The notes below the pieces were generated by a model. That model saw only the letters and a program-made list of their open reading frames with translations, did not search any database and was not told where the DNA came from. 42,659 nucleotides of DNA from a phage: sequence record PZ386954.1; one strand, given 5' to 3'. The translations under genes were made by a program, and so were the position numbers. Positions 15,237 to 23,086 of this stretch are shown here, one piece after another (within the stretch, counting starts at the first letter, position 1; each line of letters begins with the position of its first letter).

Positions 15237-17702
15237 ATGGCAATAAGAGCACAGGTAATCGACGTTGAGACTGAGAACCATGAGTGGTATGGGGAGCTGG
15301 CATCGCCGCGCTGCCCGGATAACTATGTGGTTATGCAGGGCCAGCGTGACTGTGTGCTGACCAAGGATGGCTGGGTATTCTACGAGCGCGAGGAGTATCG
15401 GTACAGTTCTCGTGAGGACTGGTTGCAGAACAAGAGTCTGCACCTGCATCCTGACACGAACATTCTGGTAGCTCACAACGCGCCGTATGAATTGAGCTGG
15501 TGGTTCGAGCATTACGGTGACGAGTTCATTGCCTTCCTCAAACGAGGTGGCCGTGTATTCTGTACCGCGTATGCTGAGTACCTGCTGACGCATCAGCAAT
15601 CCCAGTACCCATCCTTGAACGAGACAGCACCGAAGTATGGTGGTACTCACAAGGTGGATGCAGTCAAGGCAATGTGGGAGTCAGGCTACCTGACCAGCCA
15701 GATTGACCCTGAGCTGCTGAGCGAGTATCTGTCCGGGCCGTCCGGGGATATTGAGAACACGACCAAGCTGTTCGTTGGTCAGTGGGCTGAACTGACAAAG
15801 CAGGGCATGTTGCCGATGGCACTGACCCGCTTCGAAGGTATGCTCATGTGGGCGTACATGATGCACGCTGGTCTGCATGTTGACCGCGAGGTAGCCGAGC
15901 GCAACCGTCGCGAGTTACAGGATGCAATCAGTGGGCTGACTGAAACGCTGCTGAGTTACCTGCCAGCCGACATGCCGAAGGAAGCGCGTGAGCAATTCAA
16001 GTTCACGTCAGCTTATCACATGAGCGCCTTCGTGTTCGGTGGTGTGATGAAGTACAAGGCGCGAGTCGAGCGCCGGGATGCCGAGGGCAATCTCATTTAC
16101 GTGAAGGTGGATGCACCACTGTTCAAGCGAGGCAAGGACAAGTGGCTCAAGCATACCAGCGAGTGTGAGTGGGATGACGAGACTGGGTTGTGGTATGACC
16201 CGGTTGAGAAGGTACACCAGACTATCTACACCAGCGGCAAGCACAAGGGCGAGCCGAAGTTTGAGAAGCTGGCTACCGACGAGGTGGATACCAAGTGGGG
16301 TGAGGTGCTGTTCCGTATGCCGGGGCTTCTGCGTGTGCAGGATAAACGAGCGAAGGAGATTGCAGACAACCTCGAATGGGAAGACCCGAAGAAGCCGGGC
16401 GAGTATCTCCGGCGCACAGGTGATTGGGTAGGTAAGCGTAGGCTGGCCGATGGTTCCCCGGTATTCAGTACGGCGGGTGAGGTGCTGGACATTCTGGCAG
16501 CTCGTAAGATTCCCGGCGTGGTGGAGATTGCTGACCGGGCCAAGGCACAGAAAGACCTCGGCACCTACTACCTCAGCGAGACGTTCGATGAAGAAGGTAA
16601 CGTGACTGGCCAGTCGGGGATGATGCAGTTCATCCAGCCGGACAGTATCGTACACCACACCATCAACATGACCGCGACCGAGACGACGCGCTTATCTTCG
16701 GCGCGACCGAACAGCCAGAACTTGCCACGTAAAGGTACGAGTAAGGTTAAGCAGATGTTCACCTCCCGCTTTGGTGAAGGTGGCCGCATCGTTGAAGCTG
16801 ACTACTCGGCACTGGAAGTGGTGGGGCTGGCCGGGTTCAGTAAGGATAAGAACCTGATTCGTGCATTGCTCGATGGTATCGATATGCACTGTATGCGATT
16901 GTCAGCTCAGCTCAACGAGCCGTACGAGGACGTGCTTAAGAAGTGCAAGGATGAATCCCATCCTGACCATGCACGGTACAGTCAGATGCGTACTGACATT
17001 AAGCCGAAGGCGTTCTCATACCAGTACGGTGCAACAGCGCGAGGTATTGCTTACTCGACTGGTTGCTCAGAGGAAGAAGCGCAGGCGTTCATCGACAACG
17101 AGAAGGGTCTGTTCCCGGAAGTTGAAGAATGGTTCGACGCGGTTATCTTCCCTGCCGTAGAGAAAAGTGGACAGAGCAATGTATTCAAGGAGCAGGACGA
17201 GAACGGGCGGTGGCAGGTGTATCGCCGTGGTCACTTCCGTTCGCCGGGTGGAACTTGTTATTCATTCCGTCAGTACGAGAAATGGAACAAGGCGGCGCGT
17301 GCTCACCTGATGGAATACAAACCAACTCAGATGCGTAACTATCCTATTCAGGGTGAGACCGCATTTTGGGTACAGGGAATCGGTGGCCTGCTGTTCCGCT
17401 GGCTGCTATCGAACGACTTCTTTGGTGGGCGTGTGGTTCCCATCAACCAAGTGCATGACGCATTCTATTTCGACATTGCACCTGACTGCCCTCACGAGTT
17501 CTTCGTTGGACTCAAGGCAATCATGGAGAGCATCCCGGAATACTATAACCACGTATGGCCAGAGTATAACCTGACAGTGCCGTTCCCGGCAGAGGTGGAA
17601 GCAGGGCCAAGCATGTACGAGAAGCACCACGTAGAGACGACAGCCGATGAAGTGCTGGAGTTTAAGAGACAATTCCTGTTGAGTAAGGGTATCGCATTAT
17701 GA
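15237..17702 (+). CDS. DNA polymerase, family A (T7 gp5-like)
   Basis: 821 aa; DYSALEVVGLA (motif A), KPKAFSYQYGATARGI (motif B), INQVHDAFYFD (motif C), RPNSQNLPRK. Confidence 0.9.
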   Translation: MAIRAQVIDVETENHEWYGELASPRCPDNYVVMQGQRDCVLTKDGWVFYEREEYRYSSREDWLQNKSLHLHPDTNILVAHNAPYELSWWFEHYGDEFIAFLKRGGRVFCTAYAEYLLTHQQSQYPSLNETAPKYGGTHKVDAVKAMWESGYLTSQIDPELLSEYLSGPSGDIENTTKLFVGQWAELTKQGMLPMALTRFEGMLMWAYMMHAGLHVDREVAERNRRELQDAISGLTETLLSYLPADMPKEAREQFKFTSAYHMSAFVFGGVMKYKARVERRDAEGNLIYVKVDAPLFKRGKDKWLKHTSECEWDDETGLWYDPVEKVHQTIYTSGKHKGEPKFEKLATDEVDTKWGEVLFRMPGLLRVQDKRAKEIADNLEWEDPKKPGEYLRRTGDWVGKRRLADGSPVFSTAGEVLDILAARKIPGVVEIADRAKAQKDLGTYYLSETFDEEGNVTGQSGMMQFIQPDSIVHHTINMTATETTRLSSARPNSQNLPRKGTSKVKQMFTSRFGEGGRIVEADYSALEVVGLAGFSKDKNLIRALLDGIDMHCMRLSAQLNEPYEDVLKKCKDESHPDHARYSQMRTDIKPKAFSYQYGATARGIAYSTGCSEEEAQAFIDNEKGLFPEVEEWFDAVIFPAVEKSGQSNVFKEQDENGRWQVYRRGHFRSPGGTCYSFRQYEKWNKAARAHLMEYKPTQMRNYPIQGETAFWVQGIGGLLFRWLLSNDFFGGRVVPINQVHDAFYFDIAPDCPHEFFVGLKAIMESIPEYYNHVWPEYNLTVPFPAEVEAGPSMYEKHHVETTADEVLEFKRQFLLSKGIAL

Positions 17703-18592
17703 CCGCATCTGTATTGAACCGCATGAACTCCATCGTCGAACAGTATGTTGACGAGGAAGAACTTGACTTTAACGAAGCCACGTCTGGTGGTGGTAAGCTG
17801 CTGCCGGAAGGTAAGGCACTGGCACGTCTGGTTGGCTACATTGAAGTGGGGCCGAGCGTAACCAAGCAGGCACCGGACAAGCCGCCTGTCAATAAGTTCT
17901 TCCTCCAGTTCGCGCTGTGGGGCAAGGCCAAGAACGGCGAGACTTACCACGAAGTTGTCAATGGTAAGATGGTGCCGGGCAAGGTGCGCACGCAGTTCAT
18001 CGCTGTGAAGAAAGACCTCAACAGCAAGTCCGGCGCATACAAACTGTTCAAGCGTATGAACCCGGACAAGACTGCGAAGCACTTCGCGCAGCTTCTGAAC
18101 CACACCTTCATCGTTCCGATTATCCACAACGAATCGGGCGAGGGTGAGAACAAGAAGGTGTACGCCAACATCGACCTTGAGAACATCATGCTCGCGGTTG
18201 ACCCGGTGACTGACCAGCCGTACCCGGTGCCGGAGGTTGAGGACGAGACTCTGTTCAAGCTGTTCCTGTGGAACCGTCCGACCAAGGAAGACTGGGAATC
18301 CCTGTACATCGAAGGCAAGAACGACGATGGTAAATCCAAGAACTGGATTCAGGATAAGCTGCTGGAATCTCCAGAGTTCCCCGGCTCTCCGCTTGACCTG
18401 CTGCTGAATGGTGCAGGTGCTGGCTCAGCGATTGCCGAGCTGCCGGAGCTGGGCGACGTGGGTGCGCCGGAGGAAGTGGCCGAGGTCAAGGAAGAAGTGA
18501 AGGAGCTGGAGACGGCTGGCGCTGCTGACAAGACCAGCACCAAAGAGCCGGACGTAACTGGTGACGCTGACTTCGGGCTGCCGAGTCTGTAA
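17699..18592 (+). CDS. hypothetical protein (297 aa) with acidic C-terminal region
   Basis: ATG overlapping DNAP stop (ATGA); C-terminal EVKEEVKELE...DADFGLPSL. Confidence 0.6.
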   Translation: MTASVLNRMNSIVEQYVDEEELDFNEATSGGGKLLPEGKALARLVGYIEVGPSVTKQAPDKPPVNKFFLQFALWGKAKNGETYHEVVNGKMVPGKVRTQFIAVKKDLNSKSGAYKLFKRMNPDKTAKHFAQLLNHTFIVPIIHNESGEGENKKVYANIDLENIMLAVDPVTDQPYPVPEVEDETLFKLFLWNRPTKEDWESLYIEGKNDDGKSKNWIQDKLLESPEFPGSPLDLLLNGAGAGSAIAELPELGDVGAPEEVAEVKEEVKELETAGAADKTSTKEPDVTGDADFGLPSL

Positions 18593-19017
18593 TGGATTGC
18601 ATAGACCACGGTAAACGCGGCAACCACTTTGGCTACGCCACCACCACGAGGACGGTAGGTGGCAAGCGCCGGGCTGGTATCAAGCTGCATCGTCTGGTCT
18701 ACTGTGAAGCGCATGGCCTGTCTCTCCTTGACATTGAGGGGCAGGTCGTGCGCCATACCTGCGACAACCCGCGCTGCATTAACCCCGACCACATGGTACT
18801 CGGTACTCACCAAGACAATGTGGCCGACCGGGTAGCGCGTGGCCGTGGGGCAGTAGGCGTGAGGAATGGCAGAGCCGTACTGTGTCCCGCCGTAGTGGAC
18901 GCAATCCGTAGCCGCTATGCGAATGGCGGCATCAAGCAATCTGAGCTGGCTGAGATTTATGGCGTGAGTCAAACGCAGGTCAGCCGCATAGTGAGGGGAG
19001 AGTCATGGGAAAGTTAG
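18592..19017 (+). CDS. HNH homing endonuclease, paralog of 12196-12624
   Basis: MDCIDHG...HTCDNPRCINPDHMVLGTHQDN; C-terminal ELAEIYGVSQTQVSRIVRGE. Confidence 0.8.
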   Translation: MDCIDHGKRGNHFGYATTTRTVGGKRRAGIKLHRLVYCEAHGLSLLDIEGQVVRHTCDNPRCINPDHMVLGTHQDNVADRVARGRGAVGVRNGRAVLCPAVVDAIRSRYANGGIKQSELAEIYGVSQTQVSRIVRGESWES

Positions 19018-19979
19018 ACAGGCTACTCGCCAGAGCGGAGGTGGAACCTGACCAGTTTGATGGTTACGTGTCTGGTCGTATTCTGCTGTGTGATGCTGAC
19101 TCGACAGTCTACGTTGCGGCAGCAACCACGAAGAACATCGAGACAGCGAAGACGCGGTTCTGTTCCGGGGTGCTGACTGCTAAGTTCCTCGCCAATGCTC
19201 AGTCAGTCCGTATCGAGTTGACCGCTGCGGAGTGTACGAAAGCTGGACGGTACAAGCTGCGTGGGGCCAAGCTGTATCAGGGCAACCGAGACAAAGACCG
19301 CAAGCCCGGTCTGGTCGAGCCGTTGCGTAAGGCGATTGGCCGGAATATGTTCAACGTTCCTGATGGCGAGGATTGGTACGTCCACCTGAACTTCGAGTTC
19401 GAGGCAGACGACACCTTAATCATGGATGCGTGGACGATTGGCATTAACGATGCAGTAATCTACAGCGCGGATAAAGACCTGCGCTGCTGGCCGGGCAGGT
19501 TCCTCGACCCATACGATAACAAGGTACTGGAGCCATGCAAAGGTGTCGGCACATTGTGGTGGCATGAAACCAAGAGTGACAAGTCGCTCATTGGCCATGG
19601 CCCGATATTCTTTTGGGCGCAGATGCTGATGGGTGACACGGCAGACAACATCGCTGGTGTCAAGAAACTTGGCAAGCAGGCAGCTTACAATATGCTGAAC
19701 GCGTATCAGGAAACTGATGACGAGTCGGCAGTGGCTGAGCTGGTGCTGAGGGAATACATGGTGCGTGACCAGAACCCATGGCCAGAGGCTGTTGCCTTGT
19801 GGCTGTACCGCACGCCGACCTACTCATTCGCAGCTCACTTGAATACGCTGACCTTGAGCAAGGAGCTGCGTATCTGGTTGCATAAGAAATTGAATGAGGA
19901 ATGGTATGCGGAAAGTGACTGGCGCGACCTTGTTGCAGATGCGGAAGAATGCGATGGGTTATCCTTGCCCACTCTGTAA
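19005..19979 (+). CDS. 5'-3' exonuclease (T7 gene 6-like, FEN/H3TH)
   Basis: H3TH motif MGDTADNIAGVKKLGKQAA (GD..DNI.GV...G). Confidence 0.8.
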   Translation: MGKLDRLLARAEVEPDQFDGYVSGRILLCDADSTVYVAAATTKNIETAKTRFCSGVLTAKFLANAQSVRIELTAAECTKAGRYKLRGAKLYQGNRDKDRKPGLVEPLRKAIGRNMFNVPDGEDWYVHLNFEFEADDTLIMDAWTIGINDAVIYSADKDLRCWPGRFLDPYDNKVLEPCKGVGTLWWHETKSDKSLIGHGPIFFWAQMLMGDTADNIAGVKKLGKQAAYNMLNAYQETDDESAVAELVLREYMVRDQNPWPEAVALWLYRTPTYSFAAHLNTLTLSKELRIWLHKKLNEEWYAESDWRDLVADAEECDGLSLPTL

Positions 19980-20286
19980 TGAGCCGATGGTAGACCTCAA
20001 GCTCATGGTTGTTGACCACGACCATGTGAGTGGGGAGATTCGCGGAGTCATCTGTCGCTGGTGTAATGCTCAGCTCGGTAAGGTAGAGAACTCTGCCAAC
20101 CGAGCGAAGCGCCAGCGTACTGTGGATGATTGGCTGGACAGTGCCATCGAGTGGCGGCGTAAGCAACACACTGGTCTGATGTACCCAACGCACAAGACCG
20201 AGGCAGAGAAGAAGGCGGCAGTAGCCGACAGACGTAAGAAGGCAGCAGCCGCGAAAGCGCGAGCCTTATTGACTAAGGGGAAATGA
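19894..20286 (+). CDS. endonuclease VII-family junction-resolving enzyme; true start may be 19906 or 19954
   Basis: CPLCNEP...VVDHDHVSGEIRGVICRWCNAQLG matches the C..C...DHDH..G..RG..C..CN..LG signature. Confidence 0.7.
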   Translation: MRNGMRKVTGATLLQMRKNAMGYPCPLCNEPMVDLKLMVVDHDHVSGEIRGVICRWCNAQLGKVENSANRAKRQRTVDDWLDSAIEWRRKQHTGLMYPTHKTEAEKKAAVADRRKKAAAAKARALLTKGK

Positions 20287-21410
20287 TGACCAAGTTAACG
20301 AATCACCAACTCAAAGAAGACATTGCCGAAGGGCTTGGCACTAAAGCCATTGCGGATAAGCACGACATGACCGAGAGTGCTATCCGATACCGGAAGCGCC
20401 AGCTCGCCAAGAGCGGCTGGAGTCCTGAGCACGACATGACGAAGGAGGTGCCGGAGCCGTACGCGGTCAAGGGTACGTCCACGCTGTACGATAAGGACGG
20501 CAACGTTGTCATGCAGTGGGTGAAGACTGCGCTCGACCGTGAGCAAGAGCTGGCCATGTTGCAGGCAGCAGTTGATGCAATCAGTGAGAGCATCGTGCCG
20601 GAGCCGCCGCGCTTGTATGCAGGTCGCACAGCGCCAGCCGATTTGCTTAACCTGTTCGTCCTGACTGACTACCACCTCGGTATGCTGGCATGGGCAGAGG
20701 AGACTGGCGACGACTGGGATATGAAGATTGCGGAAGACCTGCTGGTCAAGTGGTTCGCCGCCGCCATCGACAGTGCGCCGCCAGCTCAGGTTGCTATCTT
20801 CGGACAGCTCGGTGACTTCCTGCACTGGGATGGGTTGGATGCAGTAACGCCATCAAGTGGTCATGTGCTGGATGCCGACACGCGATTCCAGAAGCTGGTG
20901 CGTGTGGCCATTCGAGCGCAGCGCCGCATCATTGGTATGCTGCTGGAGAAGTTCCCGCAGGTTCACGTAGTGTGTGCCGAGGGCAACCATGACATGGCCA
21001 GCTCAATCTGGATGCGAGAGCTGCTGCATGTGCTGTACGCCGACGAGCCGCGTGTCACTGTTGACCGCAGCCCCGACCCGTACTATTGCTATGAGCATGG
21101 CGAGACGGCGCTGTTCTTCCACCATGGTCACAAGCGTAAGGCAGAACAACTGGAGACTGTACTGGTATCCAAGTTCCGCGAAGTGTATGGCCGAACCAAA
21201 CACGCTTATGCACACGTTGGCCACCTGCATCACAAGAAGGTATTGGAGTCTGGTGTCATGGTTGTCGAGCAGCACCGTACGCTGGCGGCGAAGGATGCCT
21301 ATGCTTCTCGTGGTGGTTGGCTGAGTGAGCGCAGCGCGAGCGTGATTACGTATCATGCCCGGTACGGTGAGGTCGCACGATTCACCATTAGCCCGGAGAT
21401 GTTAGAGTGA
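20283..21410 (+). CDS. calcineurin-like metallophosphoesterase with N-terminal helix-turn-helix domain
   Basis: motifs DYH, GDFLHWDG, EGNHD, HHGH, GHLHH in canonical order; N-terminal AIADKHDMTESAIRYRKRQLAKSG HTH-like. Confidence 0.7.
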   Translation: MMTKLTNHQLKEDIAEGLGTKAIADKHDMTESAIRYRKRQLAKSGWSPEHDMTKEVPEPYAVKGTSTLYDKDGNVVMQWVKTALDREQELAMLQAAVDAISESIVPEPPRLYAGRTAPADLLNLFVLTDYHLGMLAWAEETGDDWDMKIAEDLLVKWFAAAIDSAPPAQVAIFGQLGDFLHWDGLDAVTPSSGHVLDADTRFQKLVRVAIRAQRRIIGMLLEKFPQVHVVCAEGNHDMASSIWMRELLHVLYADEPRVTVDRSPDPYYCYEHGETALFFHHGHKRKAEQLETVLVSKFREVYGRTKHAYAHVGHLHHKKVLESGVMVVEQHRTLAAKDAYASRGGWLSERSASVITYHARYGEVARFTISPEMLE

Positions 21411-21625
21411 CACGAACCCTGTACCAAGAAGATGTGGTGCAGCTTAAAGAAGATGGCCTCTCGATTGAGTGGGAGGCCAACACTCAGGTTGAGCTGTACA
21501 AAGATGGCACCGTCTGTATTTCTCAGGACGGTGAGGAAGTCTGGTTGCCTTGGGCGTACGTCCGAGATATTATCTTTGCTCTTGAGGAAGCACACGATGC
21601 ACATGAAAGACACCGTAGTAGTTGA
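21407..21625 (+). CDS. hypothetical small acidic protein (72 aa)
   Basis: GTG start overlapping upstream stop (GTGA); overlaps next gene start by 29 nt. Confidence 0.4.
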   Translation: MTRTLYQEDVVQLKEDGLSIEWEANTQVELYKDGTVCISQDGEEVWLPWAYVRDIIFALEEAHDAHERHRSS

Positions 21626-22100
21626 CTTGGATGGTACGCTGGCTGATGGCCGCTGGCGTTTGCACCTGCTGCCTCCACCGGAGCGTCGGCACCTTGATGA
21701 AGCGTGGGCCGAGTTCAACTTGGCTGGCGCTGACGACCCTGCGTTTCAGGACACGATTGACATTGTGAACGCTCTGGCCCTCACGTATCGCATTGTCATC
21801 CTGACCGGACGCGGAGCCGTGGCCCGTGAAGTAACAGAGCAGTGGCTCGATGAAGCTGGTGTGGTTTACGACAAGCTAATCATGCGGGAGATTGGTGACT
21901 GCCGTAAGGACACTGAGATGAAGCGTGCAGCGCTGGAGGACATCGGCATTGAGAACATCGTGTGTGCCTTCGACGACCTGCCCCACATCGTGGACTTCAT
22001 GCGTGGCCTCGGCATCACAGTGTATGAAGTGACCCGGTACGAGGACAACCATGAGTATGTCCACGCCAATGCCAAATACGATGGAGACAAAGATGAGTAA
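21597..22100 (+). CDS. HAD-superfamily phosphatase
   Basis: N-terminal VVVDLDGTLADG (DxDGT motif I); ATG at 21597 with GAGGAAG SD; track ORF extended upstream. Confidence 0.65.
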   Translation: MHMKDTVVVDLDGTLADGRWRLHLLPPPERRHLDEAWAEFNLAGADDPAFQDTIDIVNALALTYRIVILTGRGAVAREVTEQWLDEAGVVYDKLIMREIGDCRKDTEMKRAALEDIGIENIVCAFDDLPHIVDFMRGLGITVYEVTRYEDNHEYVHANAKYDGDKDE

Positions 22101-22671
22101 GAAGGGTAAGCAGTTTATCTTAGACCCGTCCCGTAATTGGGGTACTGGCACACTGCTGAGCGACATTGCTGAGCAGGGTATCATCCTGACGTACGACGAG
22201 CCGTATGACGTGCCGAACGATAGCCGGGACTACTACACCTGCGTGAAGGATGGTAAGACTCACCTGCTTGTGCTGGAGCCTTACGAGGTGAAGGAAGTCG
22301 AGACTGCATTCATCCCGGTTGACCCGTACGACCCGGCCTCTGATGTTGAGGTGGCCGTGGCCAAGAGTGCCGGGCCGGGCGGTATGAAGTTCGACGGCGG
22401 CAAGCCCCGCATGTCCTTGTTGTTCGATGGCTGCCCGAATGCGCTGGAGGCTGTGGCCAGCGTGCTCACCTTCGGCGCAGAGAAGTATGCAGCCCACTCG
22501 TGGCAGACTGTACCGGAAGGTGAGGAACGCTACAAGTCGGCGCTGCTCCGGCACCTGACGGCGGTGGGCAAAGGTGAGGAACTGGATAGCGAATCCAACC
22601 TACACCATCTGGCGCACGCCGCGTGCAATGCGCTGTTCATTCTGGAACTCGAATTAAGGAAACGCAAATGA
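22093..22671 (+). CDS. conserved phage protein; C-terminal domain resembles the family sometimes annotated dATP/dGTP diphosphohydrolase N-terminal-like or DUF
   Basis: KFDGGKPRMSLLF...ALEAVASVLTFGAEKY...RYKSALLRHL...HHLAHAACNALFILE; assignment from memory of the family, not searched. Confidence 0.5.
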   Translation: MSKKGKQFILDPSRNWGTGTLLSDIAEQGIILTYDEPYDVPNDSRDYYTCVKDGKTHLLVLEPYEVKEVETAFIPVDPYDPASDVEVAVAKSAGPGGMKFDGGKPRMSLLFDGCPNALEAVASVLTFGAEKYAAHSWQTVPEGEERYKSALLRHLTAVGKGEELDSESNLHHLAHAACNALFILELELRKRK

Positions 22672-22844
22672 GTGTTTTACTTTGGATTGTAGCTGTGGTA
22701 TGGTTTGCCCTGTTCTCTGTTGTCTGTCTGGCCGCGTGCGACCAGTACAACAAGACGCACGTTGACAGGTCTGGTGCAGCAGGCTTTATCCTGTGGTTAT
22801 TTCTGGCTGTCATCCCCGCTGTTCTGTTTGCCTGTCTTGCGTAG
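22668..22844 (+). CDS. small two-TM membrane protein (58 aa)
   Basis: ATG with AAGGAAA SD; two hydrophobic helices separated by DQYNKTHVDRSG. Confidence 0.5.
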   Translation: MSVLLWIVAVVWFALFSVVCLAACDQYNKTHVDRSGAAGFILWLFLAVIPAVLFACLA

Positions 22845-22852
22845 GAGGTTGT

Positions 22853-23086
22853 ATGAGTCGTTATCAAAGAGCCATTGAGGACACAGTGGTTGACCGTAAA
22901 GTGTGCGGTGCCTGCATGGGTAGCGGCACCTACCGTGGCATGTTGATTGGTGGGCAGGTAGTCCTGATGGATTGCGAAGCCTGCGGCGGTACGGGTACGA
23001 ATGACCCGGCACTGCAACATTCTGTACTGAGTGACTTGGGCCAGCGCAAACAAGCGCAGCCGGGATATGACGAACCAACGGAGTAA
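22853..23086 (+). CDS. small zinc-finger protein with two CxxCxGxG motifs (DnaJ Cys-rich-like)
   Basis: CGACMGSGT and CEACGGTGT; AGGAGG SD; immediately upstream of RNAP. Confidence 0.6.
   Translation: MSRYQRAIEDTVVDRKVCGACMGSGTYRGMLIGGQVVLMDCEACGGTGTNDPALQHSVLSDLGQRKQAQPGYDEPTE

Noticed and set aside
17699-18592. Calling the 297-aa acidic-tailed protein a single-stranded DNA-binding protein
   Set aside because: Only an acidic C-terminus and genomic neighbourhood support it; no OB-fold motif recognised, so left as hypothetical.
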